Shown one piece after another: positions 52,600-64,000 of a stretch of DNA of 64,000 bases. How positions within the stretch are numbered: position 1 is the first letter of the stretch; every line of letters starts with the position of its first letter. Both the position numbers and the translations under genes were made by a program. The stretch spans positions 25,358,001 through 25,422,000 of the forward strand of contig CM119374.1 in the NCBI GenBank assembly GCA_051294905.1. Reading direction: 5' to 3'. Under the pieces are notes generated by a model that saw only the letters and a list, made by a program, of their open reading frames with translations, was not told the DNA's origin and ran no database searches. The stretch comes from Botryllus schlosseri. Lineage: Eukaryota.

Positions 52600-52817
52600 G
52601 TCTAAAGGTTTCAACAAAGATATAACAGTTACGTGAAAGTAAGACAGGAAATAATTCAGCAAATGTAACATAAAGGTCGATTTCTGTTTCTCAAAAAAGC
52701 TAGTGTGACACTGTGACAGACACTGACGAACAATTCGTTACACCATGAATCAATCAATCAATCGGGTTTAATAATATTTCCATCGTTTCAAAACATCACA
52801 AGACTGCGATAAAAAAG

Positions 52818-53198
52818 CGACCGGCTTGCCGAGCGCTAAATTCGATGAAATGGGTATAAATGGAAAGCTGCTGCTGTACTGATCATGAAAATATAAATTT
52901 CATTTTGTTCATAGTCCTGGGACTCCCAAAATCAGCCTAGAAATTTGCATTGGAATCGAGTTTTGGCATTGTGACGCAACAGGACAGTCTGGCTCTTTCT
53001 TCTCAGCTTCACTCTCGTTTTGCTAGACAGAATGGTCGCGTCACGATGCCAAAACTCGACCGCAATGCAAATTTCTAGGCTAATTTTGGGCGGTTCCAGG
53101 ATCATGAACAGAATAAAATTTATATTTCCGTAACCAGCATAGCAGCAGCTTTCCATTGATACCCATTTTATTGAATCTAGCGCTCGGCAAGCCGGCCG
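52818..53198. repeat. Long palindromic MITE-like element (~160-bp arms, 60-bp spacer)
   Basis: 52818-52977 is roughly 85% identical by eye to the reverse complement of 53038-53198 (ccggcttgccgagcgcta..atgggtat.aatggaaagctgctgct..gcctagaaatttgcattg..tcgagttttggcat.gtgacgc). Confidence 0.9.
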
Positions 53199-53683
53199 TA
53201 AAGTAGCTTTGGTCAAATGGAAAGTATGACGTAACTCAAATGCAGTGAGCTGTTCAATCTCGCTGTGTCCACACCATATGGGACACTATGGTTACACAAC
53301 TCTTCTTTTTCCAGCAACTTCAGCATCGGATCAGCAACCGACAACTACACGCTCACGTGTCCGGATTCTTCAGGAATGCAACCGAAGATGGTCTCTCATC
53401 TCACAATAATCAACAAATTACAACGAAAGACGCAGATAACGACGATTATGATTATGATAATTGCGGTTCTCGCTTCGAAGGAGCCTGGTGGTATGGAGGA
53501 TGCGCCACCACCAACCTGAACGGAAACTTAAGCGAAGCAGGCGTCAAGGGAATTTGGTGGTATTCCAACCAGCTGCGCTTCTCGGAGATGAAGTTTCGCA
53601 AAAGAACGTGAAAAGAACATATACTTCAAGATACGGCGTGACTAAGAAACTCAATGGAATGAAATTTTGCAGATACTCTGAAC

Positions 53684-54626
53684 CAGACTTGGACAACTAG
53701 AAAATTTTCAGCTTTTCTGAATTAGATTAGAATTAGAACTAAAGCTCCACAGTTTTTTTCAAACTAGATTAGAATTAGAATTAGAGCTGCACAGTTTTTC
53801 CAAATTAGATTAGAATTAGAATTAGAGCTACACAGCTTTTTTCAAATTAGATTAGAATTAGAATTAGAGCTACTAAGCCTTTTCCAGATTAGATTAGAAT
53901 TAGAATTAGAGCTATACTTAGTTCGCAAAAACTTGGAAATGGAATGAAATTGTATATGGGAAATGAATAGACTACAGCAAAATGCAGTTCACATCAAATC
54001 ACTGTGCGTGGTGCAAAATGCCGTGAGGCGATAGGCGCCACATATTTTTGTTTAATAAACAACAACAATAGTGCATTCCTATTAACATGAGAATGGTTAA
54101 CTTCTGTACACCACGCTTGGCTCGATTTTTCCTATACTTTAATAAAATATTACTTCTTTTATGGTATCCATGGGCATCGCCCATGTTAGTCAGAATGGCA
54201 ATGTACTAACGTAAAGTTTTAGAAACTAGAATGCTGTTCGCAGACTACAAGCTACTCTAGCAGGCTATATTCGTCATAATATCTACTATGACTGCACGGT
54301 GTAAGTAATGCGATGGCGGCTTGGCACTGGATTTCTCTGCGCAAGGGGGCTATTCTTTTTAACTCACTGCAATAGTGCAATATGCCTCGGACAAAGAGGC
54401 ATTTTCAGGAAAACAATAATTAGATTAGAACTAGAATTAGAGAATACGGACATTTCACAAATTAGATTAGAATTAGAATTAGAGCATACGAACATTTCAC
54501 AAATTAGATTAGAATTAGAATTAGAGCATGGAAGCATTTCACAAATTAGATTAGAATTAGATCACTGACATTTCGCTCTAATTTAGTGAAATTAGACAAC
54601 TAGAATTATCTAGTTGTCCAAGTCTG
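53684..54626. mobile_element. hAT MITE with ATTAGA-rich tandem arrays, copy 2
   Basis: Perfect 17-bp TIR; perfect TSD CTCTGAAC; 72 bp after the FReD stop codon. Confidence 0.95.
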
Positions 54627-56149
54627 CTCTGAACTGACTCCCAACCGTCTAAAGATATGGTTTTCGACTCATCTCGTGGCATGACGAGAGCTTTTCTATA
54701 TATGCAGATGGATTTTGGAAGTTGACCTTTTATTTGGTCAACCGACCACACGGTGGCGAAAAATTTATCATTTTCCGGATTTTACTCCGGTATTTTTAGT
54801 CTGAAAACTTTCCAACCGTGTCCCTTTTTCAGATTTCCAAAATATGGTAACCCTAATTAACATATTTTATACGGCGCTAATTTGTGTTGATGTATAATTG
54901 TATATACTTGTGCTTGGGTTGACAATATTCGCGAATCCATAGAAAGCGTGGTCCAATGTGTGCTGTGAGAACTACGAAGTATTTGAGTAGTTATTGCTCA
55001 ATGCGAGGTGTGATGGCTTGCGTGATTTTAATCTCTGTTTCAAACGATCGCGGATTCTCCACAATGCTGCGACCGTGGCCTTCGACACGGCGTTCTGACT
55101 GCGAGAAATGATATCGCTTCTACTTGAAGGACATATTCTCCAAAATTTATTTGTAGAATATATCCGTTCTCAGTAATGATCAAACCGGAGCAAAGTGAAA
55201 ATGTCATTTTTGCACTCAGGGATGGGCCAGTTATATATCACCGTAAGTTTGCTAGACGCGAACTGTTGCAATTCTCAAGCTTGCTGGAGCTGCCGGTCTA
55301 GTTCGCATACCCGATATTGACGGAAAAACATAGATCCCTCATTTCCGAAAACTGCACGAAGATCTATCCGTTCTGTAAAGTTTCCGAGCATGAAATGATC
55401 GAGGAGCTGGTTACATGACAGAACAATTATGAGATTGAGCTCAACATCTCCAATCAGTCCTTCTGGTTCAGAAGTTCTCGATACACAATTACATCAAATA
55501 GAAATACTCTCACTCATTCAACCTCACTCTCATATCGTTGCCCCTCCCTGCTCATTTTTATAGAACGTGTTTTCAGTGCCGTGACTAAGTTTCCGACTCA
55601 CAGCAGAAGCCGAGAATGGAGACGGAGAATGGAGAATGGAGAAGGAAGATTTAAGAATGAGAATGTTCTAGTCAAAACTCAAACCTAACATGACGAACGC
55701 GATGGTAATAGCACCAGCACCATCCGTTTTAATATTACAGCTGTCATAAATGCAGAACAAGTTTCATTTTATGATTCAGACGTGGTGAGAGGGATGTCGG
55801 GGGCGCTGGCAGTTTATTTGCTGTCAAGGGGGCGGCAGCTCAAAAAAGTTTGGGAAACACTGCACTGGACAGATGAAGGTTGCAGAATAATTGAGCTAAC
55901 TTTGAACCATTGGCGTAGGAGGGGCAAAAGAAGTCATGCCTCCCGAAATTTTTCATAAATTAATATTTGTTAGAGTATTTTTTAGCAGATGTAGGAAATT
56001 ATTCTACGAATGGGGGCCAGAATTATTTCGTAAATAAATATAAATTTAGTATTTTTTGTTAGAATTATTTAACTTGTAATTTTTCTTCGCGCCTCGCGTG
56101 ATTTATTGTCACGCTACATGTCTTGATGTTAATATGAGTATCCCATGCA

Positions 56150-59047
56150 GATTACCGTTCGGCGTCACAAGTTGAGTAGCGGCTTATCAACGTTACATCG
56201 ATTTGTTTATTTCAAAGCATCAATTACGGGGTGTCGTAGCGTATTTGGATGATATCACAATCTATGGCGGGACCAAGGAAGAGCATGATATCCGCTTCAA
56301 AGCGTTTTTAGATTCCGCAACAGCTTGTCAGCTCGACATCAATACTGAGAAATCATGTTTTGGAATCAAAGAAATACAATTGCTTGGACAACAAATCTCT
56401 TATGGCAGCATGAGTCCGAACCCTGACCACATGAATCCACTCCTGGAAATGGCCGCGCCAACGGACTCGAAAGGTTTGAAACGTATATGCGGGATGTTTT
56501 CATATTATTCCAAATAAATTTACAATTTCTGGGCTAAGATTAGGCCTCTTATTCGTTCATCCCATTTTCCTTTGGGAGCTGATGCTATTGCTGCTTTTCA
56601 TCAATTAAAGAAAGAGATAAGGGATTCGTGTCTAGGATGTATTCACGAAGACCAACCATTTGCAGTTCAGTGTGACGCGTCACACTGCGCTATTGCAACA
56701 GTTTTGAATCAGTGTGATAGGTCTGTAGCGTTCTTCTCTCGCGCACTTACAAAAACCGAATCGAACTACCCCGCTATTGAAAAGGAAACTCTCGCAATCA
56801 TTGAATCGGTTCGGCAGTGGAATTACTTGCTTGCCAGTCAGAAATTCCTTCTTGTTGCAGATCAAATAGCTTTGTATTACATATTTCAGAAGAAGCATGA
56901 CAGCAAAATCAAGAATACAAAACTAGCGCTCTGGCGTCTGGAATTCAGCTCTTTCAACTATGACATCGCGCGGGAATCGAAAACGTCCCTACAGACACCT
57001 TGTCTCGTATTTGCTCCGTAACCGGTTAAGGTCAAAATTTAAATGAATCCATACTCAACTTGGTCATCCCGGAGCTAGCCGATTGTCCTACTTTGTTAAA
57101 TCCAAGAATTTACCGTATTCAACGGAAGACGTGAAACGCAGGGGAGATGTGGTGCCGATGAGACACTGGGTCCGAAAATACTTAAAAATTTCTCTGTGAT
57201 AATCCCATGATTACAGTACGCGAATTTGTCTACAATGGCATGCTGGCAGAATCTTTCCTTACATGCGAAAAACTTCGATCTGCGTGAGTTGTGGGGTCCG
57301 TGACAGATGATTTACGTTTTAGGGGGTGTAAAATAAATTTGGATTGACGTATACATTTTCGTATATCACCTTCCACACTAACAATCCGGTAGGTATAGGG
57401 CTTGTATCAGGGGATATAATAACACATGTTTTTCTTAATTCAATACCATCCTCGAGTGGACTATTGTCCATTCAATTACAATATTTATAGGGGGTTATGG
57501 TACAATAGCCAAATCAAGCAAAATAGTTGGACCAACTAATCACTTAACAACAGAAACACGCCTACATATATAGAGGCTGCAAATCACGGTTATATGTGAT
57601 GTTTTATCGCTATAACGAGGTATTTGAAAGTCAAAATGTCGATTTGCGGGTACTATGTATGTGGCATTAATTTTGTAAGTTTGGGCGTAAATCGAAACGT
57701 GATTTTATGCCAACATTTGAGTTGATATAATCTATTTTATTTTTGAAGGTGGCGACGAAACATTCTTCATTGACTTGCTGTAGCTTAGATTATAGTGCAC
57801 AGCATAACAAGTTTTTAAGCGTATGTCCCATAGGTCCCACGGTCGTGTGGCTTTGGACCCACCGGGTGGGTACCGATGATACGTTCGAGCAACAAATTTT
57901 AAACGTTTATAAATATTTTTTGAAAAGGCGGATATTCATGTAAATTTCCGCGATAGGTAGAGCTTGGATCAAAGTGTTGAGGCTGCAAAAGATCTGCTAT
58001 TCTCGGCTAAAGATTTGCAGGCCAGAGATCATTTTGCAATTTTTGATCCATCGGTACCACATCTCCCTTACGTGATCCAGCTGCCGTATATGCGCAGAAC
58101 TGAAACCTAGATTTTATAAAGGAGATTCTCACCAACTATTAAAAGCCATTCATGCCTCGCAAAGAATATCAATCGATTTCAAAGGTCCGTTCCCGGTAGA
58201 CATTAAGACATTTTAATCATTGTCAATGATTATTCTCGATTCCCCTTTGCATTTCCATGCTAAAATATGACGTCGGAAACCGTCCTCGAATGTCTATTGA
58301 CGACGTTCTTCACTCTCGTTGGATTGCCTGAATATGTACACAGCGATAGATCGATTTCATTTATGTCAAAAAGAATGAACGATTTCCTAACGAAGAAAGG
58401 TGTTGCAACAAGTCAATCAACCCCTTATTACCCCACCGGTAATTCCCAATGTGAGAGAACCATCCAAACTGTTTGGAGAACAGTAAAACTACTGCTTGCC
58501 CAGTACCAAATGCCACTGTCCTCATGGGAGGAGGTACTCCAGGACGCATTGCATTATACCAGGTCGCTGTGCACGGCAACAAATAGTACACCTCACGATC
58601 GATGAATGGCTCTTCATTACCCGATTGGCTTTTCAAGTCGGGCACAGTTCTACTGTGCAAGTTCATCCGTGATAAGAGTATCCATTTATGCGATAAAGTG
58701 TATTTTCTCGATGCTAATGCAAAATATGCTTTGATTCGCTATCCAGATGGAAGAGAGTCGACCGTATCCACTACATACTTTGCTCCTTATCCGCGTATGA
58801 CCGAGGTCACCGAATCGTCGCCACACAGAAAGAACTCTCTTCCTTCACAATCGGACTTGGGTATGTCCTCCAGCGAAATCGGAGAAGTAAAGGTTATTCT
58901 GGCCGAAGAATCTCGTAGTGAGGACGCAACCATTCCTGCAAGTATTTGGGCGCAAGTATTTGGGCGCTTGTCTATTAATCAGAGAAATGATACATTAAAT
59001 TTAAAATTTATTTAGAAGTGTGAAACGTATTTTTGTAGGGAGTATGG
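56150..59047 (+). mobile_element. Decayed Ty3/Gypsy LTR retrotransposon pol (RT-RNase H-integrase), 5'-truncated
   Basis: PFGVTS*..YQRYID..YLDDITIYG (RT); QCDASHCAIATVL..FFSRAL..IEKE.LAI (RNase H); SCRICAE (IN zinc finger); IDFKGP, VHSDR..ER.IQT (IN core). Many stops and frameshifts. Confidence 0.92.
57140..58068. mobile_element. TIR element inserted into the Gypsy integrase zinc-finger region
   Basis: ~20-bp TIR GGGAGATGTGGTGCCGATG / CATCGGTACCACATCTCCCT; Gypsy frame ..STEDVKR | ..SSCRICAELKPRF resumes after it. TSD not evident. Confidence 0.8.
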
Positions 59048-59117
59048 TGTATATATGAAAGCTACGGTTACTTCTAAACCAACTTCGGTAAATTCCGATA
59101 TTGAAATTAAGCGACAA
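59048..59117 (+). repeat. Possible short or truncated 3' LTR
   Basis: TGT...ACA segment after a purine-rich stretch (gtagggagtatgg); no 5' LTR available to compare. Confidence 0.25.
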
Positions 59118-59139
59118 TTGACAGTATAGTAGCGGCTAT

Positions 59140-59793
59140 CAGGAGTGGCCAGCCTTTTCGGTTAAAGGGCCACATGCAATTGACAAACGAGTTCGCGGGC
59201 CACTAGCCGCGCCAAGCGCGAACATTTTTCGAAGTTTGTAAGTGAACTTGGTCAATAATAGTATTACTTGAGTTTATTGCCGGTCTACTGTATACCGCCC
59301 GCTGCGCTAACTTTTTAAGGACAGGACTATTCGGCATCTGGACATATCTATATCGAAGGCATCCGCTAATATGCGACCATCATCTTGCGCTTACGCTTCA
59401 TCGTTGACGATCTTTCTGCGAGCGCAAACGCGAAATGTCTTTTTCTCATAATTGGGAATATAGTTATAGTTACACTCAATTGGGTAAATCAGACGCATTT
59501 TTCCTTTTCAGGAGGGTATCAATATTAAAAGCAAGAAATCGAGTGACAATTAAATCACGCGAAGAGTGAAGAAAATTTTTACTACTATTCTACTTTATTG
59601 TAATGTACGACGATTTATTGGATCTGCCAATGAGTCGGATTGGATATTTCAGTCATTAACATCCCAAGTGTCACGGCCAGACTAATCAAATTCTTGACTT
59701 GCCTTGCAAGTTAACAATCTGAGCAATTCATTTTCGATAATGTAACTAATTTCGAAAAATACTTTCACACGGGTCACGGGTTGGCCGCCACTG
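59140..59793. mobile_element. hAT MITE
   Basis: Termini CAGGAGTGGCCAGCC / GGTTGGCCGCCACTG; GGCTAT present at both flanks (partial TSD). Confidence 0.6.
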
Positions 59794-60409
59794 GGCTATA
59801 GCAAACAGCTACGTCGCATTCATTTTGAAGGATACAGAACAATTGCAATCAAGTTACTGGTCTAACAGGACTTTGCGAAACTTTTCAGAAACATCATTAG
59901 ACCCACCTACAAATATTTGGTATCAGAAAGGAAGCATTAAATGAAGTTTACAATATTACATTTAACTTTCAATACAATATCCATTGTATAATAATATTTA
60001 TTAACTCGAAGACTTTTCGGGTGCCTCTTTTCAAGAGTTAACGGCACACCAAGTTGCATTTGCCAAATTTAGGGTGAATTTTAGTTTTTGACAGTTCGCC
60101 GGTCCGCAACATATGTTTTGAAGTTTTACTGGTCCGCGAGGTCAAAAAGGTTGAGAACCAATACGACTATGTCATATTGACAGACACTTCAACTAACACG
60201 AAATAAGAGTTCAGCTTGCGCTATCTGTCTATAACGATTCTCGAGGAAACCTCCGCGATAGCTGAGATATTTGAATCGGTACTTCCTCCCAGACGTTTAT
60301 AACTATCGCGCCATACATAATAGCTGTCGCGTAGCCAGCGGGTTTGGGGCGAGCTTGAAACACCATCAATTTGAAATGCTGATTCTATCTCCAATATTTC
60401 ATACCTCAT

Positions 60410-60690
60410 TTGTGAAATTCTAATTATTGGTCGTGAGCTCCTAGGACAACCTAACTGTTGGCATGGTTGGCCAACCAATTTCCAAAGCTGAAAATGCCAA
60501 ATACCTTGGTGTTTTGCTGGATTCGGACATGTCTCTCAATTATCGTAAGCATGTGGCCTGTTACGCAGTCTTAGTCACTACTTGTCGATTAACATTTTGT
60601 TGATGCTCTTCAACTCTTTATTCCAATCAAAGTTACCGTGTGGAATTCTTTGCTTGGGTGCTGCCTGCAAGAATACGATTGACCATGACC
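60410..60690 (+). pseudogene. LINE (CR1/L2-like) reverse transcriptase 3' remnant
   Basis: CEILIIGR..AENAKYLGVLLDSDMSL..LFNSLFQSKLPCGILCLGAACKNTI resembles the KYLGV.LD..L and LY.SL..S.L.YG...WG post-RT motifs; frameshifted. Confidence 0.65.
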
Positions 60691-60796
60691 ACCGCAAAGA
60701 CTACAACATCGGAATCTTCGTATCATTGCCAAGGTCCCTAGTGGACCTGAATGTGCGACTGATAATTCGCTGCTCAAACGATTTGGTGTTCTAAGC

Positions 60797-61140
60797 AGAC
60801 ATGGGGTAATCGCGACTAGTAATCGTAATCGATTACGGCGATTACAGCATTTTCGAGTAATCGTAATCGCAATCGATTACATTCGAAAAAATCCCGAAGT
60901 AATCGTAATCGTAATCGACTACTTCCTATATTTAATCGATTTCTTTGTGAAAGAACGATTACTTTTATTTGTACAAGAACTGTGACATAAACTGAACACT
61001 CGTGAACAAGAAAGAGATATTATACCAGTTATTGAGAGCGTAAACGTCTGATTTTCAAAAGCCACTGGTCATTATTACGTCAGAGGTAGCCTATTAGCTT
61101 TGCTCATCTTTGCGTAAGAAGTGTCCACACATAGTAAATA
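60797..61140 (+). mobile_element. Repeat with GTAATCGTAATCGATTAC subterminal arrays (hAT-like left end)
   Basis: Starts CAGACATGGGGTAATCG; related to 32322-32670. Confidence 0.6.
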
Positions 61141-61160
61141 TATTAGATATATCTGTAGAT

Positions 61161-61990
61161 CAGTGGTTCCCAACCTTTTTATCCTAATTCCCCACTTCCG
61201 ATTTATTACGAGCCTTCATTCCCCACCTAAAAACTCTATATTCATATCTACCCTTTAAAGTGCTACCTCCAATAAAATTATGCAAGACTTTGCTTATTAC
61301 GTGCTATTGGTGATTGTTAAGATCCACGGAATTGATCAGCACACTATAAAATTAACACAGCGGTAAACTCGTCACCATAAGCCAACGTTCGTAAATATCT
61401 GTATCCACCCCGATGTGCAGCCAGCAGAAAAATAGGAGGGGTTTGAAAATTTTCCAAATGTTGCGGAGTAGCATCAATTTACGTACGTAAAAACCGAATA
61501 ATATATGGGTCAGATAAACTTCCTGACGTTGACGAACTCATGCGTGCGATACATACATATATAAGCCGCCGTAAACTACACTTTCGCGCAATACTGAAAG
61601 AACTTGAAATAACATAAATATGTAATTTCCTTTGTAACGAGTCCGGATGTGCTATCAATTAGCGAGTCAACGATCTCCCATGAATACATGTTCAGCAATA
61701 TGAGCTCGTATTACAACGAATCAGAATTTTTCCGATAATGGTGTACAAATGAATAAAAACATGTCTGGCGATCGCGTGTCGCTATCCAGGCAATTCTCGC
61801 TAATTGGAGGCACTGATAATATCAATCGTTGAATTGCAAATGAGCTATGAAATATTCGGTCGGCATTTCAAAACGACATTTAATAAAGGAGAATATTACT
61901 GTAATGATTTTTCAAAAGTGAGTCTATTCCCCACTAAAAATCCCGAAATTCCCCACCAGTGGGGAATTCCCCACCGTTTGGGAACCACTG
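61161..61990. mobile_element. hAT MITE
   Basis: TIR CAGTGGTTCCCAA / TTGGGAACCACTG; TSD ctgtagat / ctatagat (7/8). Confidence 0.88.
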
Positions 61991-63240
61991 CTATAGATGT
62001 TCGATGTACATTAGTGTGATTGTAAGAAAACCCACCGTGCTGTATATCGGGTTATCAATACATTTCAGACAATACTACCTCGCAACAGGATAATTAATCA
62101 CCTCTCAGCCTAAGTTAAAATAGCATCTTTTGTATTGATGTTTGGTTCGGCTTAGTTCAACTATAGAATGTAATAGTTCTAATTCTATAGTTAAAATGCA
62201 GTTTCACCGTGCTGCTTGGCGAGCAGTAGGCTTATATGGTACGAACGTACACCAGACAAAGGTTTGAAATTTTGTACTCGTCAAATAAAACATTACGGTT
62301 TCCACAACGAAGCATTAAAATCAACTGCTGCTGATATATATCATAACCGAGCCGTTGTTTCGCCGTTTTCGTAATGGAAGCTTGCATTACATTATCTGCA
62401 TCAAGTTGAAGGCAGAATTTTATGTTCACTTTCTCGTATTCTCGTATTATTCTGCTCAAAACGGGCGCCAATCGCTATAGCCATCGGATTATATACCATG
62501 TTAGCGTGGGTTGTAGCTAGAATCAGGATTAAAAAAGCAAAAGTTTCCCCACCAAAACATTGGTCTTGGGCCCCCATCGAGTAGTCAATTTTGATATTGA
62601 AGATTGAATTTAATCAATAATATTGGTAATTGCATTGTATTGCGTTTTTAATCCAATCTCAGCGCCCGATGGCCAGATTTACCTGAAGAGCAGGGGACGC
62701 GTAATTCATAATTATAACACCTGGTATCCTGGAATAATTACTTTATTGTATGTTGTTAATTCGTGACCCCCGGTCTGTTATATAGCCAAAAGATATTGAT
62801 TGTAGGGGCCCGAACATAGCAGAATAAAAGAAAAACTTACGTGAGACGCACACACAAATAGTCATGTCTAATGCTCTGTGGGTGCCCGGGTGGAATTTGC
62901 ATCGTGGGCTCAGATTGAAAGGAATAGACTGTTAGTCACGCCCACCCAGCGCGGCTATTGACAATGGACATATTATCTAAGTTTTGGCCAATAGTAGTCC
63001 ACTTCGTGGAGTCTCATGTTAGCCGAAACTGCACATGTCTTTTGATGTGTCGAGGAGCGGTATTGACTGGCACCTAAATACCTATTACTATGAATTTTAC
63101 AAGCCTTATTTCTTGAGGGGGGAGACATATGCATTTTGAAATCAAGCTATCTAGAGATATTTAAATCGCAAAGCTCAAAGAGAATTTCCAAGTTAATGAA
63201 ATGTATCGATAATACTCTTATAATTTATGTTGGTTTACGA

Positions 63241-64000
63241 CAGGGGTCGGCAGACTCTTGCTAGTCGCGGGCCAACTTTCGGGTGTACAACTTTTTGGCG
63301 GGCCGGAATTTTTCTTAGTACTATATTTTACGCTCACTTCGGTATATTATCCTACATTGCTGCAATCTCAATCATACAAATCAGAAGACACATGTATTTA
63401 CACTTCAACAACACAGAAAAAATGTGACAATTGACGCAGCTTGCTTTGTAAAAGGTTTTCAACTTCTGGTAACAAGTCAGATGAAACAAGAATCAGACCC
63501 TATTCAAAATGGACGTCCGAAATACGTGATCTTAGCTTGCTCTTCGTGAATTTCATTGTTCAAAACTATTGTTCACATGCGTACGTGCTTTCAAAAATCG
63601 ATGCAATTTCTTTTGCATTGTTGGTCAAGCTGGGATAAAGACCAATTTCAAGAACGTACTCTTTGTCAAAGTCATGCAGCGATATGCTCTTTGTATGAAA
63701 TTTGTCATTCAATTCAACTGCATCGCATTTCAGAAAGGCCCATTTGAAATTTTCAGGCAATGGTATTGGCGTCCACATTAAACGGAGTACTGAATAGTGA
63801 GAATTCATTTTGTAGAGAAGAAATGTCGGAAAAGCGGGTGAATATTCAGTAGTTAAATTTCGTATCACAGTTACAAATGTAGTGTTGGTACTAGGTTTGC
63901 ACTCCTCCAGTATATAGGAAAGTGAGCATAATTTTCTTTGTACTGTTGACATTTCCAGAGTCACAGATTTGTTTTGAATGCGCCTCAACATTTATGTAGT
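63241..64000 (-). mobile_element. 3' end of a decayed hAT (Charlie/SPIN, GTF2IRD2-like) transposon with transposase C-terminus
   Basis: LKCD..LNDKF..DF..LYPSLTNNAKEIASIFESTYACEQ*F*TMKFTKSKLRSRISDVHFE* matches FGSTYICEQ.FS.MK..KS..RS.L.D; terminus CAGGGGTCGGCA at 63241. Confidence 0.85.

Larger units (their letters stand above)
50815..53611 (+). pseudogene. Fibrinogen C-terminal domain (FReD; ficolin/tenascin/ANGPTL-like) gene with two apparent frameshifts; exons 50815-50911, 51057-51160, 53315-53611; upstream exons unresolved
   Basis: VFQRRINGDVDFYRGWDDYQKSFGDCNGDLWLG; YLHEKT..MELEINM..VAKYS; NFSIGSATDNYTL/HVSGF..SSHNNQQITTKDADND..NCGSRFEGAWWYGGCATTNLNG..SEMKFR. Frame breaks near 51060 and 53354; second intron uses a GCAAGT donor. 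Confidence 0.85.

Noticed and set aside
54308-54568. ORF with IRLELELE repeats
   Set aside because: Translation of the ATTAGA arrays in the MITE.
55217-55862. Decayed hAT transposase-like frame (ELVT*QNNYEIELN..FW) with a right end at 55862
   Set aside because: Similarity is too weak and the ends do not pair; not called.

Overview
Eukaryotic, AT-rich, intron-containing animal DNA. The gene content and dense hAT MITE/SINE landscape are consistent with an invertebrate chordate such as an ascidian, but the species cannot be fixed from sequence alone. Five spliced genes can be built by hand. (1) A partial espin/forked-like gene (minus strand, ~6.5-10.2 kb). (2) An unrecognised 3-exon gene encoding a 122-aa secreted precursor: signal peptide, acidic pro-region, RRRR site, then a 58-aa strongly cationic 4-Cys peptide (minus, 17459-19118). 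It is missed by the ORF track and is the most interesting item. (3, 4) Two tandem 4-exon TMEM26 paralogs (minus, 23863-27755 and 42976-46220) with very different loop lengths. (5) A frameshifted fibrinogen-domain (FReD) gene or pseudogene (plus, 50815-53611). The rest is mostly transposon-derived: more than a dozen non-autonomous hAT elements with 8-bp TSDs, decayed Chapaev-type, hAT, Gypsy and LINE coding remnants, two tRNA-derived SINE families, long palindromic elements and microsatellites. No rRNA, bona fide tRNA or CRISPR array was seen. All translations and alignments were done by eye; family names come from remembered motifs, not database searches.
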